This document shows, piece after piece, positions 63,901 through 64,000 of a stretch of 64,000 bases of DNA. Position numbers and translations under genes: made by a program. The notes beneath the pieces were generated by a model. The model made no database searches. It saw only the letters and a list, made by a program, of their open reading frames with translations, and had not been told where the DNA came from. Within the stretch, counting starts at the first letter, position 1. Each line of letters opens with the position of its first letter. Source of the stretch: Octopus vulgaris (lineage: Eukaryota); the NCBI GenBank assembly GCA_951406725.2, contig OX597840.1:21948001-22012000 (forward strand). Reading direction: 5' to 3'.

Positions 63901-64000
63901 ATTTTTAATGTTTGATTTTTCTGTCTCTCTCCCCCCCCCCCCACTGTACACATATATATTTATATATATGTTATATATATATATATATATACATACACGC

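Overview
AT-rich, repeat-saturated eukaryotic DNA, either intergenic or from a very large intron. The SINE families, microsatellite density and LINE spectrum suggest a cephalopod (Octopus-like) genome; this is inference. I found no convincing host protein-coding exon. Almost every ORF in the track is translated microsatellite, (GGT)n, (GAT)n, (TA)n, (CA)n or (CTAT)n, or decayed transposon. Recognisable content: (1) a nested Helitron-helicase / hAT-transposase / Merlin-like MITE complex with a tandem duplication (2.3-7.8 kb); (2) an intact short non-autonomous Helitron; (3) hAT, Tc1/mariner, piggyBac-like and Merlin-like remnants; (4) fragments of RTE, CR1, R4/Dong-like, other RLE-type and Penelope retroelements; (5) two long RTE LINEs carrying a PHD finger inside the RT, associated with a ~400-bp inverted repeat (56-63.6 kb); (6) dozens of tRNA-type SINE copies. 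The most interesting signal is at the RNA level: many hammerhead-ribozyme motifs of the Penelope-associated type. One repeat family appears to have its hammerhead strands in a non-circularly permuted order (cleavage site, then GAAA, then CUGAUGA; best copy 16411-16488, minus strand), inside a ~730-bp terminally redundant non-coding unit. All structures were derived by eye and coordinates of decayed elements are approximate.
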